Assembly: GCA_964016885.1 (NCBI GenBank)
Contig: OZ024742.1
Location: 24,180,001 to 24,244,000, forward strand
Source of the DNA: Eledone cirrhosa
Taxonomy: Eukaryota
DNA: 64,000 bases
Direction of reading: 5' to 3'
The stretch's first letter is position 1. Each line of letters opens with the position of its first letter. The notes under the pieces were generated by a model, which saw only the letters and a list, made by a program, of their open reading frames with translations, had not been told where the DNA came from and made no database searches. The translations under genes were made by a program, and so were the position numbers. This document shows, in pieces, positions 1 to 15,600 of this stretch.

Positions 1-3000
1 ACTTTACAGAGTCTAATGGGAGTATTTTATCATGACACTAGCACTACCACTTTACAGAATCTAATGGGAGTATTTTATCATGACACTAACACTACCACTT
101 TACAGAGTCTAATGGGAGTATTTTAACATGACACTAGCACTACCAGTTTCCAGAGTCTAATGGGAGTATTTTATCATGACACTAGCACTACCACTTTCCA
201 GAGTCTAATGGGAGTATTTTATCATGACACTAGCACTACCACTTAACAGAGTCTAATGGGAGTATTTTATCATGACACTAGCACTACCACTTTACAGAGT
301 CTAATGGGAGTATTTTATCATGACACTAGCACTACCACTTTCCAGAGTCTAATGGGAGTATTTTATCATGACACTAGCACTACCACTTTACAGAGTCTAA
401 TGGGAGTATTTTATCATGACACTAGCACTACCACTTTACAGAGTCTAATAGGAGTATTTTATCATGACACTAACACTACCACTTTACAGAGTCTAATGGG
501 AGTATTTTATCATGACACTAGCACTACCACTTTCCAGAGTCTAACGGGAGTATTTTATCATGACACTAGCACTACCACTTTAAAGAGTCTAATGGGAGTA
601 TTTTATCATGACACTAACACTACCACTTTATAGAGTCTAATGGGAGTATTTTATCATGACACTAGCACTACCACTTTATAGAGTCTAATGGGAGTATTTT
701 ATCATGACACTAGCACTACCACTTTACAGAGTCTAATGGGAGTATTTTATCATGACACTAGCACTACCACTTTACAGAGTCTAATGGGAGTATTTTATCA
801 TGACACTAGCACTACCAATTTACAGAGTCTAATGGGAGTATTTTATCATGACACTAGCACTACCACTTTACAGAGTCTATTGGGAGTATTTTATCATGAC
901 ACTAGCACTACCACTTTACAGAGTCTAATGGGAGTATTTTATCATGACACTAACACTACCACTTTATAGAGTCTAATGGGAGTATTTTATCATGACACTA
1001 GCACTACCACTTTATAGAGTCTAACGGGAGTATTTTATCATGACACTAGCACTACCACTTTACAGAGTCTAATGGGAGTATTTTATCATGACACTAACAC
1101 TACCACTTTATAGAGTCTAATAGGAGTATTTTATCATGACACTAGCACTACCACTTTACAGAGTCTAATGGGAGTATTTTATCATGACACTAGCACTACC
1201 ACTTTACAGAGTCTAATGGGAGTATTTTATCATGTCACTATCACTACCACTTTACAGAGTCTAATGGGAGTATGTTATCATGACACTAGCACTACCACTT
1301 TATAGAGTCTAATGAGAGTATTTTATCATGACACTAGCACTACCACTTTATAGAGTCTAATGGGAGTATTTTATCATGACACTAGCACTACCACTTTACA
1401 GAGTCTAATGGGAGTATTTTATCATGACACTAGCACTACCACTTTACAGAGTCTAATGGGAGTATTTTATCATGACACTATCACTACCACTTTACAGATT
1501 CTAATGGGAGTATTTTATCATGACCCTAACACTACCACTTTACAGAGTCTAATGGGAGTATTTTATCATGACACTAGCACTACCACTTTATAGAGTCTAA
1601 TGGGAGTATTTTATCATGACACTAGCACTACCACTTTACAGAGTCTAATGGGAGTATTTTATCATGACACTAGCACTACCACTTTATAGAGTCTAATGGG
1701 AGTATTTTATCATGACACTAGCACTACCACTTTACAGAGTCTAATGGGAGTATTTTATCATGTCACTATCACTACCACTTTACAGAGTCTAATGGGAGTA
1801 TGTTATCATGACACTAGCACTACCAGTTTCCAGAGTCTAATGGGAGTATTTTAGCATGACACTAGCACTACCACTTTCCAGAGTCTAATGGGAGTATTTT
1901 ATCATGACACTAGCACTACCACTTAACAGAGTCTAATGGGAATATTTTATCATGACAATAGCACTACCACTTTACAGAGTCTAATGGGAGTATTTTATCA
2001 TGACACTAGCACTACCACTTTACAGAGTCTATTGGGAGTATTTTATCATGACACTAGCACTACCACTTTACAGAGTCTAATGGGAGTATTTTATCATGAC
2101 ACTAACACTACCACTTTATAGAGTCTAATGGGAGTATTTTATCATGACACTAGCACTACCACTTTATAGAGTCTAACGGGAGTATTTTATCATGACACTA
2201 GCACTACCACTTTACAGAGTCTAATGGGAGTATTTTATCATGACACTAACACTACCACTTTATAGAGTCTAATGGGAGTATTTTATCATGACACTAGCAC
2301 TACCACTTTACAGAGTCTAATGGGAGTATTTTATCATGACACTATCACTACCACTTTACAGAGACTAATGGGAGTATTTTATCATGACACTAGCACTACC
2401 ACTTTATAGAGTCTAATGAGAGTATTTTATCATGACACTAGCACTACCACTTTATAGAGTCTAATGGGAGTATTTTATCATGACACTAGCACTACCACTT
2501 TACAGAGTCTAATGGGAGTATTTTATCATGACACTAGCACTACCACTTTACAGAGTCTAATGGGAGTATTTTATCATGACACTATCACTACCACTTTACA
2601 GATTCTAATGGGAGTATTTTATCATGACCCTAACACTACCACTTTACAGAGTCTAATGGGAGTATTTTATCATGACGCTAGCACTACCACTTTATAGAGT
2701 CTAATGGGAGTATTTTATCATGACACTAGCACTACCACTTTACAGAGTCTAATGGGAGTATTTTATCATGACACTAGCACTACCACTTTATAGAGTCTAA
2801 TGGGAGTATTTTATCATGACACTAGCACTACCACTTTACAGAGTCTAATGGGAGTATTTTATCATGACACTAGCACGACCACTTTACAGAATCTAATGGG
2901 AGTATTTTATCATGACACTAACACTACCACTTTACAGAGTCTAATGGGAGTATTTTAACATGACACTAGCACTACCAGTTTCCAGAGTCTAATGGGAGTA

Positions 3001-4771
3001 TTTTATCATGACACTAGCACTACCACTTTCCAGAGTCTAATGGGAGTATTTTATCATGACACTAGCACTACCACTTAACAGAGTCTAATGGGAGTATTTT
3101 ATCATGACACTAGCACTACCACTTTACAGAGTCTAATGGGAGTAATTTATCATGACACTAGCACTACCACTTTCCAGAGTCTAATGGGAGTATTTTATCA
3201 TGACACTAGCACTACCACTTTACAGAGTCTAATGGGAGTATTTTATCATGACACTAGCACTACCACTTTACAGAGTCTAATGGGAGTATTTTATCATGAC
3301 ACTAACACTACCACTTTACAGAGTCTAATGGGAGTATTTTATCATGACACTAGCAATACCACTTTCCAGAGTCTAAGGGGAGTATTTTATCATGACACTA
3401 GCACTACCACTTTACAGAGTCTAATGGGAGTATTTTATCATGACACTAACACTACCACTTTATAGAGTCTAATGGGAGTATTTTATCATTACACTAGCAC
3501 TACCACTTTATAGAGTCTAATGGGAGTATTTTATCATGACACTAGCACTACCACTTTACAGAGTCTAATGGGAGTATTTTACCATGACACTAACACTACC
3601 ACTTTATAGAGTCTAATGGGAGTATTTTATCATGACACTAGCACTACCACTTTACAGAGTCTAATGGGAGTATTTTATCATGACACTATCACTACCACTT
3701 TACAGAGTCTAATGGGATTATTTTATCATGACACTAGCACTACCACTTTATAGAGTCTAATGAGAGTATTTTATCATGACACTAGCACTACCACTTTATA
3801 GAGTCTAATGGGAGTATTTTATCATGGCACTAGCACTACCAATTTACAGAGTCTAATGGGAGTATTTTATCATGACACTATCACTACCACTTTACAGAGT
3901 CTAATGGGAGTATTTTATCATGACACTAGCACTACCACTTTATAGAGTCTAATGAGGGTATTTTATCATGACACTAGCACTACCACTTTATAGAGTCTAA
4001 TGGGAGTATTTTATCATGACACTAGCACTACCACTTTACAGAGTCTAATGGGAGTATTTTATCATGACACTAGCACTACCACTTTACAGAGTCTAATGGG
4101 AGTATTTTATCATGACACTATCACTACCACTTTACAGATTCTAATGGGAGTATTTTATCATGACCCTAACACTACCACTTTACAGAGTCTAATGGGAGTA
4201 TTTTATCATGACACTAGCACTACCACTTTATAGAGTCTAATGGGAGTATTTTATCATGACACTAGCACTACCACTTTACAGAGTCTAATGGGAGTATTTT
4301 ATCATGACACTAGCACTACCACTTTATAGAGTCTAATGGGAGTATTTTATCATGACACTAGCACTACCACTTTACAGAGTCTAATGGGAGTATTTTATCA
4401 TGACACTAGCACTACCACTTTCCAGAGTCTAATGGGAGTATTTTATCATGACACTAGCACTACCACTTTACAGAGTCTAATGGGAGTATTTTATCATGAC
4501 ACTAGCACTACCAATTTACAGAGTCTAATGGGAGTATTTTATCATGACACTAACACTACCACTTTACAGAGTCTAATGGGAGTATTTTATCATGACACTA
4601 GCACTACCACTTTCCAGAGTCTAACGGGAGTATTTTATCATGACACTAGCACTACCACTTTACAGAGTCTAATGGGAGTATTTTATCATGACACTAACAC
4701 TACCACTTTATAGAGTCTAATGGGAGTATTTTATCATGACACTAGCACTACCACTTTATAGAGTCTAATGG

Positions 4772-7700
4772 GAGTATTTTATCATGACACTAGCACTACC
4801 ACTTTACAGAGTCTAATGGGAGTATTTTATCATGACACTAGCACTACCACTTTACAGAGTCTAATGGGAGTATTTTATCATGACACTAGCACTACCAATT
4901 TACAGAGTCTAATGGGAGTATTTTATCATGACACTAGCACTACCACTTTACAGAGTCTATTGGGAGTATTTTATCATGACACTAGCACTACCACTTTACA
5001 GAGTCTAATGGGAGTATTTTATCATGACACTAACACTACCACTTTATAGAGTCTAATGGGAGTATTTTATCATGACACTAGCACTACCACTTTATAGAGT
5101 CTAACGGGAGTATTTTATCATGACACTAGCACTACCACTTTACAGAGTCTAATGGGAGTATTTTATCATGACACTAACACTACCACTTTATAGAGTCTAA
5201 TAGGAGTATTTTATCATGACACTAGCACTACCACTTTACAGAGTCTAATGGGAGTATTTTATCATGACACTAGCACTACCACTTTACAGAGTCTAATGGG
5301 AGTATTTTATCATGTCACTATCACTACCACTTTACAGAGTCTAATGGGAGTATTTTATCATGACACTAGCACTACCACTTTATAGAGTCTAATGAGAGTA
5401 TTTTATCATGACACTAGCACTACCACTTTATAGAGTCTAATGGGAGTATTTTATCATGACACTAGCACTACCACTTTACAGAGTCTAATGGGAGTATTTT
5501 ATCATGACACTAGCACTACCACTTTACAGAGTCTAATGGGAGTATTTTATCATGACACTATCACTACCACTTTACAGATTCTAATGGGAGTATTTTATCA
5601 TGACCCTAACACTACCACTTTACAGAGTCTAATGGGAGTATTTTATCATGACACTATCACTACCACTTTACAGAGTCTAATGGGAGTATTTTATCATGAC
5701 ACTAGCACTACCACTTTACAGAGTCTAATGGGAGTATTTTATCATGACACTAGCACTACCACTTTATAGAGTCTAATGGGAGTATTTTATCATGACACTA
5801 GCACTACCACTTTACAGAGTCTAATGGGAGTATTTTATCATGACACTAGCACTACCACTTTACAGAATCTAATGGGAGTATTTTATCATGACACTAACAC
5901 TACCACTTTACAGAGTCTAATGGGAGTATTTTAACATGACACTAGCACTACCAGTTTCCAGAGTCTAATGGGAGTATTTTATCATGACACTAGCACTACC
6001 ACTTTCCAGAGTCTAATGGGAGTATTTTATCATGACACTAGCACTACCACTTAACAGAGTCTAATGGGAGTATTTTATCATGACACTAGCACTACCACAT
6101 TACAGATTCTAATGGGAGTATTTTATCATGACACTAGCACTACCACTTTCCAGAGTCTAATGGGAGTATTTTATCATGACACTAGCACTACCACTTTACA
6201 GAGTCTAATGGGAGTATTTTATCATGACACTAGCACTACCACTTTACAGAGTCTAATGGGAGTATTTTATCATGACACTAACACTACCACTTTACAGAGT
6301 CTAATGGGAGTATTTTATCATGACACTAGCACTACCACTTTCCAGAGTCTAACGGGAGTATTTTATCATGACACTAGCACTACCACTTTACAGAGTCTAA
6401 TGGGAGTATTTTATCATGACACTAACACTACCACTTTATAGAGTCTAATGGGAGTATTTTATCATTACACTAGCACTACCACTTTATAGAGTCTAATGGG
6501 AGTATTTTATCATGACACTAGCACTACCACTTTACAGAGTCTAATGGTAGTATTTTACCATGACACTAACACTACCACTTTATAGAGTCTAATGGGAGTA
6601 TTTTTTCATGACACTAGCACTACCACTTTACAGAGTCTAATGGGAGTATTTTATCATGACACTATCACTACCACTTTACAGAGTCTAATGGGATTATTTT
6701 ATCATGACACTAGCACTACCACTTTACAGAGTCTAATGGGAGTATTTTATCATGACACTATCACTACCACTTTACAGAGTCTAATGGGAGTATTTTATCA
6801 TGACACTAGCACTACCACTTTATAGAGTCTAATGAGAGTATTTTATCATGACACTAGCACTACCTCTTTCCAGAGTCTAATGGGAGTATTTTATCATGAC
6901 ACTATCACTACCACTTTACAGAGTCTAATGGGATTATTTTATCATGACACTAGCACTACCACTTTATAGAGTCTAATGAGAGTATTTTATCATGACACTA
7001 GCACTACCACTTTATAGAGTCTAATGGGAGTATTTTATCATGACACTAGCACTACCACTTTACAGAGTCTAATGGGAGTATTTTATCATGACACTAGCAC
7101 TACCACTTTACAGAGTCTAATGGGAGTATTTTATCATGACACTATCACTACCACTTTACAGAGTCTAACGGGAGTATTTTATCATGACCCTAACACTACC
7201 ACTTTACAGAGTCTAATGGGAGTATTTTATCATGACACTAGCACTACCACTTTATAGAGTCTAATGAGAGTATTTTATCATGACACTAGCACTACCACTT
7301 TACAGAGTCTAATGGGAGTATTTTATCATGACACTAGCACTACCACTTTACAGAGTCTAATGGGAGTATTTTATCATGACACTAGCACTACCAATTTACA
7401 GAGTCTAATGGGAGTATTTTATCATGACACTAGCACTACCACTTTACAGAGTCTATTGGGAGTATTTTATCATGACACTAGCACTACCACTTTACAGAGT
7501 CTAATGGGAGTATTTTATCATGACACTAACACTACCACTTTATAGAGTCTAATGGGAGTATTTTATCATGACACTAGCACTACCACTTTATAGAGTCTAA
7601 CGGGAGTATTTTATCATAACACTAGCACTACCACTTTACAGAGTCTAATGGGAGTATTTTATCATGACACTAACACTACCACTTTATAGAGTCTAATAGG

Positions 7701-9610
7701 AGTATTTTATCATGACACTAGCACTACCACTTTACAGAGTCTAATGGGAGTATTTTATCATGACACTAGCACTACCACTTTACAGAGTCTAATGGGAGTA
7801 TTTTATCATGTCACTATCACTACCACTTTACAGAGTCTAATGGGAGTATTTTATCATGACACTAGCACTACCACTTTATAGAGTCTAATGAGAGTATTTT
7901 ATCATGACACTAGCACTACCACTTTATAGAGTCTAATGGGAGTATTTTATCATGACACTAGCACTACCACTTTACAGAGTCTAATGGGAGTATTTTATCA
8001 TGACACTAGCACTACCACTTTACAGAGTCTAATGGGAGTATTTTATCATGACACTATCACTACCACTTTACAGATTCTAATGGGAGTATTTTATCATGAC
8101 CCTAACACTACCACTTTACAGAGTCTAATGGGAGTATTTTATCATGACACTATCACTACCACTTTACAGAGTCTAATGGGAGTATTTTATCATGACACTA
8201 GCACTACCACTTTACAGAGTCTAATGGGAGTATTTTATCATGACACTAGCACTACCACTTTATAGAGTCTAATGGGAGTATTTTATCATGACACTAGCAC
8301 TACCACTTTACAGAGTCTAATGGGAGTATTTTATCATGACACTAGCACTACCACTTTACAGAATCTAATGGGAGTATTTTATCATGACACTAACACTACC
8401 ACTTTACAGAGTCTAATGGGAGTATTTTAACATGACACTAGCACTACCAGTTTCCAGAGTCTAATGGGAGTATTTTATCATGACACTAGCACTACCACTT
8501 TCCAGAGTCTAATGGGAGTATTTTATCATGACACTAGCACTACCACTTAACAGAGTCTAATGGGAGTATTTTATCATGACACTAGCACTACCACATTACA
8601 GATTCTAATGGGAGTATTTTATCATGACACTAGCACTACCACTTTCCAGAGTCTAATGGGAGTATTTTATCATGACACTAGCACTACCACTTTACAGAGT
8701 CTAATGGGAGTATTTTATCATGACACTAGCACTACCACTTTACAGAGTCTAATGGGAGTATTTTATCATGACACTAACACTACCACTTTACAGAGTCTAA
8801 TGGGAGTATTTTATCATGACACTAGCACTACCACTTTCCAGAGTCTAACGGGAGTATTTTATCATGACACTAGCACTACCACTTTACAGAGTCTAATGGG
8901 AGTATTTTATCATGACACTAACACTACCACTTTATAGAGTCTAATGGGAGTATTTTATCATTACACTAGCACTACCACTTTATAGAGTCTAATGGGAGTA
9001 TTTTATCATGACACTAGCACTACCACTTTACAGAGTCTAATGGTAGTATTTTACCATGACACTAACACTACCACTTTATAGAGTCTAATGGGAGTATTTT
9101 TTCATGACACTAGCACTACCACTTTACAGAGTCTAATGGGAGTATTTTATCATGACACTATCACTACCACTTTACAGAGTCTAATGGGATTATTTTATCA
9201 TGACACTAGCACTACCACTTTATAGAGTCTAATGAGAGTATTTTATCATGACACTAGCACTACCACTTTACAGAGTCTAATGGGAGTATTTTATCATGAC
9301 ACTAGCACTACCACTTTACAGAGTCTAATGGGAGTATTTTATCATGACACTATCACTACCACTTTACAGAGTCTAATGGGAGTATTTTATCATGACACTA
9401 GCACTACCACTTTATAGAGTCTAATGAGAGTATTTTATCATGACACTAGCACTACCTCTTTCCAGAGTCTAATGGGAGTATTTTATCATGACACTAGCAC
9501 TACCACTTTACAGAGTCTAATGGGATTATTTTATCATGACACTAGCACTACCACTTTATAGAGTCTAATGAGAGTATTTTATCATGACACTAGCACTACC
9601 ACTTTATAGA
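4772..9610. repeat. Higher-order near-tandem duplication, offset 2496 bp (52 monomers)
   Basis: ORF pairs 4768/7264, 5440/7936 and 6064/8560 are all 2496 apart. Shared rare variants: CATGTC (~5315/7811), CCACATTACAGATT (~6099/8595), ATGGTAGTATTTTACC (~6544/9040). The tail marker ACCTCT is offset by 2592 (two extra monomers). Confidence 0.88.
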
Positions 9611-9615
9611 GTCTA

Positions 9616-12600
9616 ATGGTAGTATTTTATCATTACACTAGCACTACCACTTTATAGAGTCTAATGGGAGTATTTTATCATGACACTAGCACTACCACTT
9701 TACAGAGTCTAATGGGAGTATTTTATCATGACACTAACACTACCACTTTATAGAGTCTAATGAGAGTATTTTATCATGACACTAGCACTACCACTTTACA
9801 GAGTCTATTGGGAGTATTTTATCATGACACTAGCTCTACCACTTTACAGAGTCTAATGGGAGTATTTTATCATGACACTAGCACTACCACTTTACAGAGT
9901 CTATTGGGAGTATTTTATCATGACACTAGCACTACCACTTTATAGAGTCTAATGGGAGTATTTTATCATGACACTAGCACTACCACTTTACAGAGTCTAA
10001 TGGGAGTATTTTATCATGACACTAGCACTACCACTTTACAGAGTCTAATGGGAGTATTTTATCATGACACTAGCACTACCACTTTACAGAGTCTAATGGG
10101 AGTATTTTATCATGACACTAGCACTACCACTTTACAGGGTCTAATGGGAGTATTTTATCATGACACTAGCACTACCACTTTACAGAGTCTATTGGGAGTA
10201 TTTTATCATGACACTAGCACTACCACTTTATAGAGTCTAATGGGAGTATTTTATCATGACACTAGCACTACCACTTTACTGAGTCTAATGGGAGTATTTT
10301 ATCATGACACTAACACTACCACTTTATAGAGTCTAATGAGAGTATTTTAGCATGACACTAGCACTACCACTTTATAGAGTCTAATTGGAGTATTTTATCA
10401 TGACACTAGCACTACCACTTTAGAGAGTCTAATGGGAGTATTTTATCATGACACTAACACTACCACTTTATAGAGTCTAATGGGAGTATTTTATCATGAC
10501 ACTAGCACTACCACTTTACAGAGTCTAATGGGAGTATTTTATCATGACACTATCACTACCACTTTACAGAGTCTAATGGGAGTATTTTATCATGACACTA
10601 GCACTACCACTTTACAGAGTCTAATGGGAGTATTTTATCATGACACTAGCACTACCACTTTACAGAGTCTAATGGGAGTATTTTATCATGACACTACCAC
10701 TACGACTTTAAAGAGTCTATTGGGAGTATTTTATCATGACACTAGCACTACCACTTTACAGAGTCTAATGGGAGTATTTTATCATGACACTAACACTACC
10801 ACTTTATAGAGTCTAATGGGAGTATTTTATCATGACACTAGCACTACCACTTTATAGAGTCTGATGGGAGTATTTCATAATTACACTAGCACTACCACTT
10901 TACAGAGTCTAATGGGAGTATTTTATCATGACACTAAAACTACCACTTTATAGAGTCTAACGGGAGTATTTTATCATGACACTAGCACTACCACTTTACA
11001 GAGTCTAATGGGAGTATTTTATCATGACACTATCACTACCACTTTACAGAGTCTAATGGGAGTATTTTATCATGACACTAGCACTACCACTTTATAGAGT
11101 CTAATGAGAGTATTTTATCATGACACTAGCACTACCACTTTATAGAGTCTAATGGGAGTATTTTATCATGACACTAGCACTACCACTTTACAGAGTCTAA
11201 TGGGAGTATTTTATCATGACACTAGCACTACCACTTTACAGAGTCTAATGGGAGTATTTTATCATGACACTAGCACTACCACTTTCCAGAGTCTAATGGG
11301 AGTATTTTATCATGACACTAGCACTACCACTTTACAGAGTCTAATGGGAGTATTTTATCATGACACTAGCACTACCACTTTCCAGAGTCTAATGGGAGTA
11401 TTTTATCATGACACTAGCACTACCACTTTACAGAGTCTAATGGGAGTATTTTATCATGACACTAGCACTACCACTTTCCAGAGTCTAATGGGAGTATTTT
11501 ATCATGACACTAGCACTACCACTTTACAGAGTCTAATGGGAGTATTTTATCATGACACTAGCACTACCACTTTACAGAGTCTATTGGGAGTATTTTATCA
11601 TGACACTAGCACTACCACTTTATAGAGTCTAATTGGAGTATTTTATCATGACACTAGCACTACCACTTTACAGAGTCTAATGGGAGTATTTTATCATGAC
11701 ACTAGCACTACCACTTTATAGAGTCTAATGGGAGTATTTTATCATGACACTAGCACTACCACTTTACAGAGTCTAATGGGAGTATTTTATCATGACACTA
11801 GCACTACCACTTTATAGAGTCTAATGGGAGTATTTTATCATGACACTAACACTACCACTTTATAGAGTCTAATGAGAATATTTTATCATGACACTAGCAC
11901 TACCACTTTACAGAGTCTATTGGGAGTATTTTATCATGACACTAGCACTACCACTTTATAGAGTCTAATGGGAGTATTTTATCATGACACTAGCACTACC
12001 ACTTTACAGAGTCTAATGGGAGTATTTTATCATGACACTAACACTACCACTTTACAGAGTCTAATGGGAGTATTTTATCATGACACTAGCACTACCACTT
12101 TCCAGAGTCTAACGGGAGTATTTTATCATGACACTAGCACTACCACATTACAGAGTCTATTGGGAGTATTTTATCATGACACTAGCACTACCACTTTATA
12201 GAGTCTAATGGGAGTATTTTATCATGACACTAGCACTACCACTTTACAGAGTCTATTGGGAGTATTTTATCATGACACTAGCACTACCACTTTATAGAGT
12301 CTAATGGGAGTATTTTATCATGACACTAGCACTACCACTTTACAGAGTCTAATGGGAGTATTTTATCATGACACTAACACTACCACTTTACAGAGTCTAA
12401 TGGGAGTATTTTATCATGACACTAGCACTACCACTTTCCAGAGTCTAACGGGAGTATTTTATCATGACACTAGCACTACCACTTTACAGAGTCTAATGGG
12501 AGTATTTTATCATGACACTAACACTACCACTTTATAGAGTCTAATGGTAGTATTTTATCATTACACTAGCACTACCACTTTATAGAGTCTAATGGGAGTA

Positions 12601-15600
12601 TTTTATCATGACACTAGCACTACCACTTTACAGAGTCTAATGGGAGTATTTTATCATGACACTAACACTACCACTTTATAGAGTCTAATGAGAGTATTTT
12701 ATCATGACACTAGCACTACCACTTTACAGAGTCTATTGGGAGTATTTTATCATGACACTAGCTCTACCACTTTACAGAGTCTAATGGGAGTATTTTATCA
12801 TGACACTAGCACTACCACTTTACAGAGTCTATTGGGAGTATTTTATCATGACACTAGCACTACCACTTTATAGAGTCTAATGGGAGTATTTTATCATGAC
12901 ACTAGCACTACCACTTTACAGAGTCTAATGGGAGTATTTTATCATGACACTAGCACTACCACTTTACAGAGTCTAATGGGAGTATTTTATCATGACACTA
13001 GCACTACCACTTTACAGAGTCTAATGGGAGTATTTTATCATGACACTAGCACTACCACTTTACAGGGTCTAATGGGAGTATTTTATCATGACACTAGCAC
13101 TACCACTTTACAGAGTCTATTGGGAGTATTTTATCATGACACTAGCACTACCACTTTATAGAGTCTAATGGGAGTATTTTATCATGACACTAGCACTACC
13201 ACTTTACTGAGTCTAATGGGAGTATTTTATCATGACACTAACACTACCACTTTATAGAGTCTAATGAGAGTATTTTAGCATGACACTAGCACTACCACTT
13301 TATAGAGTCTAATTGGAGTATTTTATCATGACACTAGCACTACCACTTTAGAGAGTCTAATGGGAGTATTTTATCATGACACTAACACTACCACTTTATA
13401 GAGTCTAATGGGAGTATTTTATCATGACACTAGCACTACCACTTTACAGAGTCTAATGGGAGTATTTTATCATGACACTATCACTACCACTTTACAGAGT
13501 CTAATGGGAGTATTTTATCATGACACTAGCACTACCACTTTACAGAGTCTAATGGGAGTATTTTATCATGACACTAGCACTACCACTTTACAGAGTCTAA
13601 TGGGAGTATTTTATCATGACACTACCACTACGACTTTAAAGAGTCTATTGGGAGTATTTTATCATGACACTAGCACTACCACTTTACAGAGTCTAATGGG
13701 AGTATTTTATCATGACACTAACACTACCACTTTATAGAGTCTAATGGGAGTATTTTATCATGACACTAGCACTACCACTTTATAGAGTCTGATGGGAGTA
13801 TTTCATAATTACACTAGCACTACCACTTTACAGAGTCTAATGGGAGTATTTTATCATGACACTAAAACTACCACTTTATAGAGTCTAACGGGAGTATTTT
13901 ATCATGACACTAGCACTACCACTTTACAGAGTCTAATGGGAGTATTTTATCATGACACTATCACTACCACTTTACAGAGTCTAATGGGAGTATTTTATCA
14001 TGACACTAGCACTACCACTTTATAGAGTCTAATGAGAGTATTTTATCATGACACTAGCACTACCACTTTATAGAGTCTAATGGGAGTATTTTATCATGAC
14101 ACTAGCACTACCACTTTACAGAGTCTAATGGGAGTATTTTATCATGACACTAGCACTACCACTTTACAGAGTCTAATGGGAGTATTTTATCATGACACTA
14201 TCACTACCACTTTACAGATTCTAATGGGAGTATTTTATCATGACCCTAACACTACCACTTTACAGAGTCTAACGAGAGTATTTTATCATGACACTAGCAC
14301 TACCACTTTACAGAGTCTAATGGGAGTATTTTATCATGACACTAACACTACCACTTTATAGAGTCTAATGGTAGTATTTTATCATTACACTAGCACTACC
14401 ACTTTATAGAGTCTAATGGGAGTATTTTATCATGACACTAGCACTACCACTTTATAGAGTCTAATGGGAGTATTTTATCATGACACTAGCACTACCACTT
14501 TACAGAGTCTAATGGGAGTATTTTATCATGACACTGGCACTACCACTTTACAGAGTCTATTGGGAGTATTTTATCATGACACTAGCACTACCACTTTATA
14601 GAGTCTAATGGGAGTATTTTATCATGACACTAGCACTACCAATTTACAGAGTCTAATGGGAGTATTTTATCATGACACTAACACTACCACTTTACAGAGT
14701 CTAATGGGAGTATTTTATCATGACACTAACACTACCACTTTATAGAGTCTAATGAGAATATTTTATCATGACACTAGCACTACCACTTTACAGAGTCTAT
14801 TGGGAGTATTTTATCATGACACTAGCACTACCACTTTATAGAGTCTAATGGGAGTATTTTATCATGACACTAGCACTACCACTTTACAGAGTCTAATGGG
14901 AGTATTTTATCATGACACTAACACTACCACTTTACAGAGTCTAATGGGAGTATTTTATCATGACACTAGCACTACCACTTTCCAGAGTCTAACGGGAGTA
15001 TTTTATCATGACACTAGCACTACCACTTTACAGAGTCTAATGGGAGTATTTTATCATGACACTAACACTACCACTTTATAGAGTCTAATGGTAGTATTTT
15101 ATCATTACACTAGCACTACCACTTTATAGAGTCTAATGGGAGTATTTTATCATGACACTAGCACTACCACTTTACAGAGTCTAATGGGAGTATTTTATCA
15201 TGACACTAACACTACCACTTTATAGAGTCTAATGAGAGTATTTTATCATGACACTAGCACTACCACTTTACAGAGTCTATTGGGAGTATTTTATCATGAC
15301 ACTAGCTCTACCACTTTACAGAGTCTAATGGGAGTATTTTATCATGACACTAGCACTACCACTTTACAGAGTCTATTGGGAGTATTTTATCATGACACTA
15401 GCACTACCACTTTATAGAGTCTAATGGGAGTATTTTATCATGACACTAGTACTACCACTTTACAGAGTCTAATGGGAGTATTTTATCATGACACTAGCAC
15501 TACCACTTTACAGAGTCTAATGGGAGTATTTTATCATGACACTAGCACTACCACTTTACAGAGTCTAATGGGAGTATTTTATCATGACACTAGCACTACC

